Shown: one piece after another, positions 56,834-64,000 of the stretch | Numbering within the stretch: the stretch's first letter is position 1 | Layout of the letters: every line of letters starts with the position of its first letter | Assembly (NCBI GenBank): GCA_964585715.1 | Contig: CAZPEZ010000004.1 | Span: 11,727 to 75,726 of the forward strand | DNA: 64,000 nt | Direction of reading: 5' to 3' | Source of the DNA: an uncultured Terracidiphilus sp. | Lineage (GTDB): Bacteria; Acidobacteriota; Terriglobia; Terriglobales; Acidobacteriaceae | The notes under the pieces: generated by a model | What the model saw: only the letters and a program-made list of their open reading frames with translations | Databases searched by the model: none | What the model was told of the DNA's origin: nothing | Position numbers and translations under genes: made by a program

Positions 56834-57820
56834 TCAGTTTCCAGCCGAAGTGATCGCCTCGCGGATCTTCGCCAGCGGCGCCGACGCAACAAATTCAACT
56901 CTACCATCGGGTGTCGATCGGATTCCCAATTCTTCCCAGAGCCTCGGCAGATCCACCTGCACAGGCACGTTCTTCCAATCCGCGTACATGCGCGACAGCA
57001 CCTGCGTTCCTGTAGCTTTGTCGCCGATCGCCAGCGCCCGCGGCAAATCCCAACTCTGATCGATAGCTCCGCCCGCTGCGACAACGGCTCGCAGCGCATC
57101 GCGCAGCCCTTTGCGGTTGTTCGTCTCGCGTCTGATCTCCACATCGGCCACCAGGCAAAACAGCGCGCCACCCCAATACGTTCGCGCCCATGTGTGCGTA
57201 TGATCCACACCCCGATCGTCCGCACCCTGCGGCTCGCCTTTCGGCATATCGCGCACCATGTCGCGCCAAATGTCTTTGGCCTTCAGCTCGCCGGTCATCA
57301 CCCGCGCGACTGGTTCGATATACGTCGCCTGTCCCTCTTCCATCCAGTGGTTGTCGTCGGGCAGCGACGGAAACGCCATGTGCACAAGCTCGTGCGTCAT
57401 CGTCCAGTCATCGGCCAGCTCCGCGGCGGTCATGTGCTCGCCGATGCGGATGCGTGTGAATCCAGGCCATCCGCCCATATCGCCCCACGTCGTGCCCTGC
57501 AGATCCCCGTGCCGTCCTGGCGCTGGAATCACAAGAATGCGCCCCCGCATGACCGGAAAGCGTCCATAGTAGGTCGTCACCGCTGAAACCGCGGCCTGAA
57601 TGTGCCCCATCACCGCGTCGCGGGTAAGATCCAGATCGCCGCGCGCAAAATCGATCTGGAGGACGGCGTTACCCGCCTTGATCTCGCGTGTCTCGGCAAT
57701 GTCCACGTTGCGTCCCGGCTGCGCCGAGCACAGCGCACCGAAGACAGAGGCTGCCAGACATGACACGATCGAGAGCCGGCGCAACGCTGCGCGGCACCCT
57801 TTCGCCGGATGAGAACTCAT
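56834..57820 (-). CDS. exported zinc metallopeptidase-like protein (gluzincin, M1/M61-like)
   Basis: THELVH, WMEEGQATY, YWGGALF. Confidence 0.75.
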   Translation of the reverse strand: MSSHPAKGCRAALRRLSIVSCLAASVFGALCSAQPGRNVDIAETREIKAGNAVLQIDFARGDLDLTRDAVMGHIQAAVSAVTTYYGRFPVMRGRILVIPAPGRHGDLQGTTWGDMGGWPGFTRIRIGEHMTAAELADDWTMTHELVHMAFPSLPDDNHWMEEGQATYIEPVARVMTGELKAKDIWRDMVRDMPKGEPQGADDRGVDHTHTWARTYWGGALFCLVADVEIRRETNNRKGLRDALRAVVAAGGAIDQSWDLPRALAIGDKATGTQVLSRMYADWKNVPVQVDLPRLWEELGIRSTPDGRVEFVASAPLAKIREAITSAGN

Positions 57821-57866
57821 TGCTTTGTTCGACGGAGCGCAGAGCCCGTTCGTTTCAATCGAGGCT

Positions 57867-58163
57867 CTAAGCCTTCACCGCGAGCAGTTCGACCTTCTCA
57901 ATCTGAGGAGGCTTGGCCAGCAGTTCGTCGGCCTTGGCCATAAGGGCCTTGGCAATTGGGCCTGTTAGGTGCGCGTCGCGCCCGTCTTCATTCTTGAACG
58001 TATCGAAGATACCGAAGCGGCCGGGGCCCAGCTTCAGCGCATACCACGAGGTTGTTCCCGGCTCCTGCTGCGCCAGCGGCAGCGCCGATTTCAGGAACTC
58101 TTCCAGTTCCTTCTCTTTTCCTGCCTTCGCATCCAACAATGCCAACAGCGCGAGTCGATCCAT
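57867..58163 (-). CDS. antibiotic-biosynthesis-monooxygenase (ABM) family protein
   Basis: AKAGKEKELEEFL, EPGT, FGIFDTF, AHLTG. Confidence 0.85.
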   Translation of the reverse strand: MDRLALLALLDAKAGKEKELEEFLKSALPLAQQEPGTTSWYALKLGPGRFGIFDTFKNEDGRDAHLTGPIAKALMAKADELLAKPPQIEKVELLAVKA

Positions 58164-58241
58164 CGTGATCCTCCAGGCGGGGGGAAGCCGCATCCATAGG
58201 ACGCGGACCGTCTGCGGAAGTTACGGTGGCGCCTGTCCCGA

Positions 58242-58417
58242 GTCTGCCCCACGGCAGTGGCTTCATGCGAGCGAACAGCGAGCGTCCGCCCCACCGCAGG
58301 TGGTCTCATGCGAGCGAATAGCGAGCGTCCAACTCACCGCAGGTGGCTCTTCGCCTCGCCTGGATGTATTCGCGCGCAAGCGCGAGTTGGCCCCACCGCA
58401 GGTGGCGCCGCAGGTGG
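58242..58417. repeat. cluster of palindromic direct repeats upstream of alaS
   Basis: Two ~43-bp units plus partial copies; core CCACCGCAGGTGG or variants occur five times. Confidence 0.8.
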
Positions 58418-58432
58418 TTACACTGAAGAAGT

Positions 58433-61327
<2,895 letters not shown>

Positions 61328-61391
61328 CAGCGGCTGTTGGATTGGCGTAGCAGCTGGCTCGAATCCAGCGGGGCAATCGGAATCGATCCAA

Positions 61392-61425
61392 AAAGAAAAG
61401 GGCCGCAACCGCGGCCCTCTTCTTT
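61392..61425. terminator. bidirectional terminator after alaS
   Basis: AGGGCCGC/GCGGCCCT stem with A-rich left and T-rich right flanks. Confidence 0.75.
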
Positions 61426-61447
61426 GCTTAGGTGAGACTGGGAAAGC

Positions 61448-62329
61448 TCAGTGAATCTGATTTTCGCCGCGGACCGGGAAGCTGTAAGCCACGCCGAACG
61501 ACAGAATCGGGTAGGTCTTGAGCGGGTCGAGGTCGCTCTTCCACTTGGTGATCTGGGCTGCAAGACTGGTCTGAATGTCCTGTGATGTTGTGTTCGTGGT
61601 GTCCGTCACGTCGCCGCACTGGGTTTGCGCCTGATCCTGGCAGGCCCAACCTGCCAGCGTCATGTTCACCGAGGGCGCTCCGACAAAGGCCGCACCAACT
61701 TCGAAGGGAAACGACCAATGGTTGCCGTTCCGTGGAATCGTATTGCCCCAGCCGGTGGTGAGGGTAAACGCCGGCTTGCTCGTATTCAGGCCGAGCCCTC
61801 CACTTACAGTGAGTGGCGTGGCGCCAGTTGCGGCATTCGCGGTTGCCGAGTAGTAGGTTGTGTCGTCGAAGGTGAAGCTCGTTCCGCCTGCTGCTACCGC
61901 ATTCGCCGCAATCCGGTTGTTGTTCAGCACCATGACGCCGGGGCTCACGCGGAAGCCCTTGTGGAAGGGATAGATATCCGCTGCGAGCGAAGCGTTGGTC
62001 ATGCTGAGCTTGGCATTGGCATCGAAGCCGTTGGTGTTGAAGGTGGTCGAATAGCGAAAGGTATTTCCTGTGGCGCGGAGATTGAAGTGGTCCGCCAGAT
62101 TGGTCGTGATCTGGATCCCAGGACCGAGTGTGTTGAAGCTGCCACCGATGGCGAAGTGGGAGAACGGTCCTCCGTAGACGGAACCCTGTTGCACCGTCGT
62201 TGCCGGGCGGTAAGAGCCGCCGTCGGTGTTGTTAGCGGCCAGGCGCGTCGAAACGGTTGGGACTTGCGCCGCGAGAGATGAAGCGGCGAGCAGCAAGGCA
62301 ACGGACAAAGTCGAGATAGTGGCTTTCAC
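61448..62329 (-). CDS. putative outer-membrane beta-barrel protein
   Basis: Signal peptide, alternating beta-strand pattern, C-terminal YPILSFGVAYSF. Confidence 0.75.
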   Translation of the reverse strand: MKATISTLSVALLLAASSLAAQVPTVSTRLAANNTDGGSYRPATTVQQGSVYGGPFSHFAIGGSFNTLGPGIQITTNLADHFNLRATGNTFRYSTTFNTNGFDANAKLSMTNASLAADIYPFHKGFRVSPGVMVLNNNRIAANAVAAGGTSFTFDDTTYYSATANAATGATPLTVSGGLGLNTSKPAFTLTTGWGNTIPRNGNHWSFPFEVGAAFVGAPSVNMTLAGWACQDQAQTQCGDVTDTTNTTSQDIQTSLAAQITKWKSDLDPLKTYPILSFGVAYSFPVRGENQIH

Positions 62330-62628
62330 GGGGTGTAGCCTCCTCAGAAGTAGATAGGTTCTCGCCTGGGGGACTAACTCAAATGGCTACTGTCGTTTAT
62401 TCCTATATTTACTGTCGGCGGAACGCCCCTCCGTCTCCCCGATTACGAATGAGATAACGGAAGTGGTATGGAAAAAGTACCACAGGGACCGGTAGATTGT
62501 TACTAGAGCGCGAACCGAATTGGTTACGTGCGGCATGGGGTTTCTCTCATTGAAATGGGCCCGTGTTTGCTGGTGCGGTTTCCCGCCACAGCGGCTACAC
62601 GCCCGTAGACGCTCCACGCTTGCTTTCT

Positions 62629-63732
62629 ATGGCTAGAAACGACATCGAACCCGAGGCACGTTCCAGCATCCGGCAGCAATTGCTCGCCTGGTACGACCTG
62701 AGCCAACGCGATCTGCCCTGGAGGCGTAGCCGCGACCCCTATGCGATCTGGGTCTCGGAGATCATGCTCCAGCAGACGCGGGTTGCGGTCGTGGTCGAGC
62801 GATATCAGGCCTTCATGGCCCGCTTCCCGTCTCTCGTCTCGTTGGCCCTGGCCTCCGAGCAGGAAGTACTGGCGCTCTGGAGTGGCCTGGGCTACTACCG
62901 CCGGGCTCGCATGCTCCACAAAGCTGCCCAATTTGTGGCCGAGCAAGGGGAGGGAAATTTACCCACCTCGGCCGAGGAACTACGCCTGTTGCCCGGCATT
63001 GGGAACTACACGGCTGCGGCCATCGCCAGCATTGCCCACGGAGAAGCAATTCCGGTGGTCGACGGCAACGTCGAGCGCGTCTTGTGCCGGCTGCTGGGAT
63101 GGGAAGCGGTCGGCCGTTCGGGCGCCGCGGCTCTGCGACGTAAAATCGATGCCGTCGCAAATCAGTTGCTTGATCCGGCTCGCCCCGGCGATTTCAACCA
63201 GGCTCTGATGGAGCTTGGAGCAACAGTCTGTACGCCGAAGAGTCCGCAGTGCCTCACTTGTCCGCTTTCAGCCCACTGCGCCACACGCGGAGAACACAAG
63301 ACCCAGGCCCGGCCTCGCATGTTGAGCAAGGAGATTGCCTATGCGCTCGCAGTCCGCACCGGCAGCCTGCCCGGTTTCACCAATCGCGAAGTCTTCCTGG
63401 AGCAGCGCTCCGATGCCCAAACCGTGATGCCGGGATTGTGGCAGCTTCCGGTTCTGCGCGAGGCGACGGTGCCGGAGTCCGAAGTGCGCATGACCGTGCG
63501 TCACGCCATCATGCAGGTCAACTACTATGTGCGCATCCGCGAAGTCGGCGAAGAGGATGTAGACCCACTGACGGTTTCCGAGGGCCGGCGCTGCTGGGTT
63601 CCGCTCATCAATGCGTCAGGCATGGCTCTCACGGGCCTCACACGCAAGGTGCTCAGCCGGGCGCATCTGCTGCCAGTCGCTCCGCTCGAGTTGCTCACGC
63701 TGCAGCCTCAGCCTGTGCAGGAGACAGCCTGA
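62629..63732 (+). CDS. mutY: A/G-specific adenine glycosylase MutY
   Basis: WVSEIMLQQT, WSGLGYYRRA, LPGIGNYTA, VDGNV, CX6CX2CX5C Fe-S motif. Confidence 0.95.
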   Translation: MARNDIEPEARSSIRQQLLAWYDLSQRDLPWRRSRDPYAIWVSEIMLQQTRVAVVVERYQAFMARFPSLVSLALASEQEVLALWSGLGYYRRARMLHKAAQFVAEQGEGNLPTSAEELRLLPGIGNYTAAAIASIAHGEAIPVVDGNVERVLCRLLGWEAVGRSGAAALRRKIDAVANQLLDPARPGDFNQALMELGATVCTPKSPQCLTCPLSAHCATRGEHKTQARPRMLSKEIAYALAVRTGSLPGFTNREVFLEQRSDAQTVMPGLWQLPVLREATVPESEVRMTVRHAIMQVNYYVRIREVGEEDVDPLTVSEGRRCWVPLINASGMALTGLTRKVLSRAHLLPVAPLELLTLQPQPVQETA

Positions 63733-63752
63733 TAGCCTGTTGCTGAAGGACC

Positions 63753-64000
63753 GTGCGTCTCGCTGTCATCTCCGATATTCATGGCAATCTCACGGCGCTT
63801 GAAGCGGTGATCGCCGATCTGCGCGAGACGTCGCCTGACTTGATTTTGCATGGCGGCGACCTCCCAGCGGGTGGAGCGCGGCCTGCCGAAATCGTAGATC
63901 GTATGCGCGCCCTCGGATGGAACGGTGTCCTCGGCAATACAGATGAGATGCTGTTTCGCCCCGAGTCTCTGACGGAGTTCGCAGCCCGGGCTCCGCATCT
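63753..64000 (+). CDS. metallophosphoesterase, 5' part (runs off the window)
   Basis: MRLAVISDIHGNLTALEAV...GGDL...LGNTD. Confidence 0.85.
   Translation, partial: MRLAVISDIHGNLTALEAVIADLRETSPDLILHGGDLPAGGARPAEIVDRMRALGWNGVLGNTDEMLFRPESLTEFAARAPH

Noticed and set aside
58242-58417. Repeat cluster as a CRISPR array
   Set aside because: The sequences between cores are themselves repeated or irregular in length, there are few units, and no cas genes are in the window.

Overview
GC-rich bacterial chromosomal window, most likely Acidobacteriota (Terriglobia-like). This is inferred from the PadR plus ADOP-type permease pair, the tandem CRTAC1/ASPIC-UnbV genes and overall gene content. 1-13.5 kb is a flagellar locus (HDOD, flgF-G-A-H-I-J-M-N-K-L; opposite strand GGDEF, fliC, fliD, fliS) with one sigma54-like and five sigma28-like promoters. 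13.5-25.4 kb holds two FucP/GluP sugar permeases, a GH8 gene remnant, an XRE-NfeD-microprotein-flotillin-DUF2059-PspA envelope-stress operon with tandem operators, and PadR with a triply frameshifted ADOP permease. 25.6-39.6 kb holds a ferritin-like/VIT1 fusion, rhomboid and CocE genes, then a heme/low-oxygen island (hemY, cydAB, AhbD-like radical SAM, tandem Usp) sharing a GTGAT-N4-ATCAC box. 39.6-64 kb holds two CRTAC1-like paralogs, small stress proteins, ComF, HNH, a degenerate histidine kinase, an S9 peptidase, a VapBC pair, recX, an ABC exporter, alaS (two atypical inserts, upstream repeat cluster), mutY and a partial metallophosphoesterase. I saw no rRNA, complete tRNA, CRISPR array, transposase or integrase. 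All calls come from motif recognition by eye; no database search was run.
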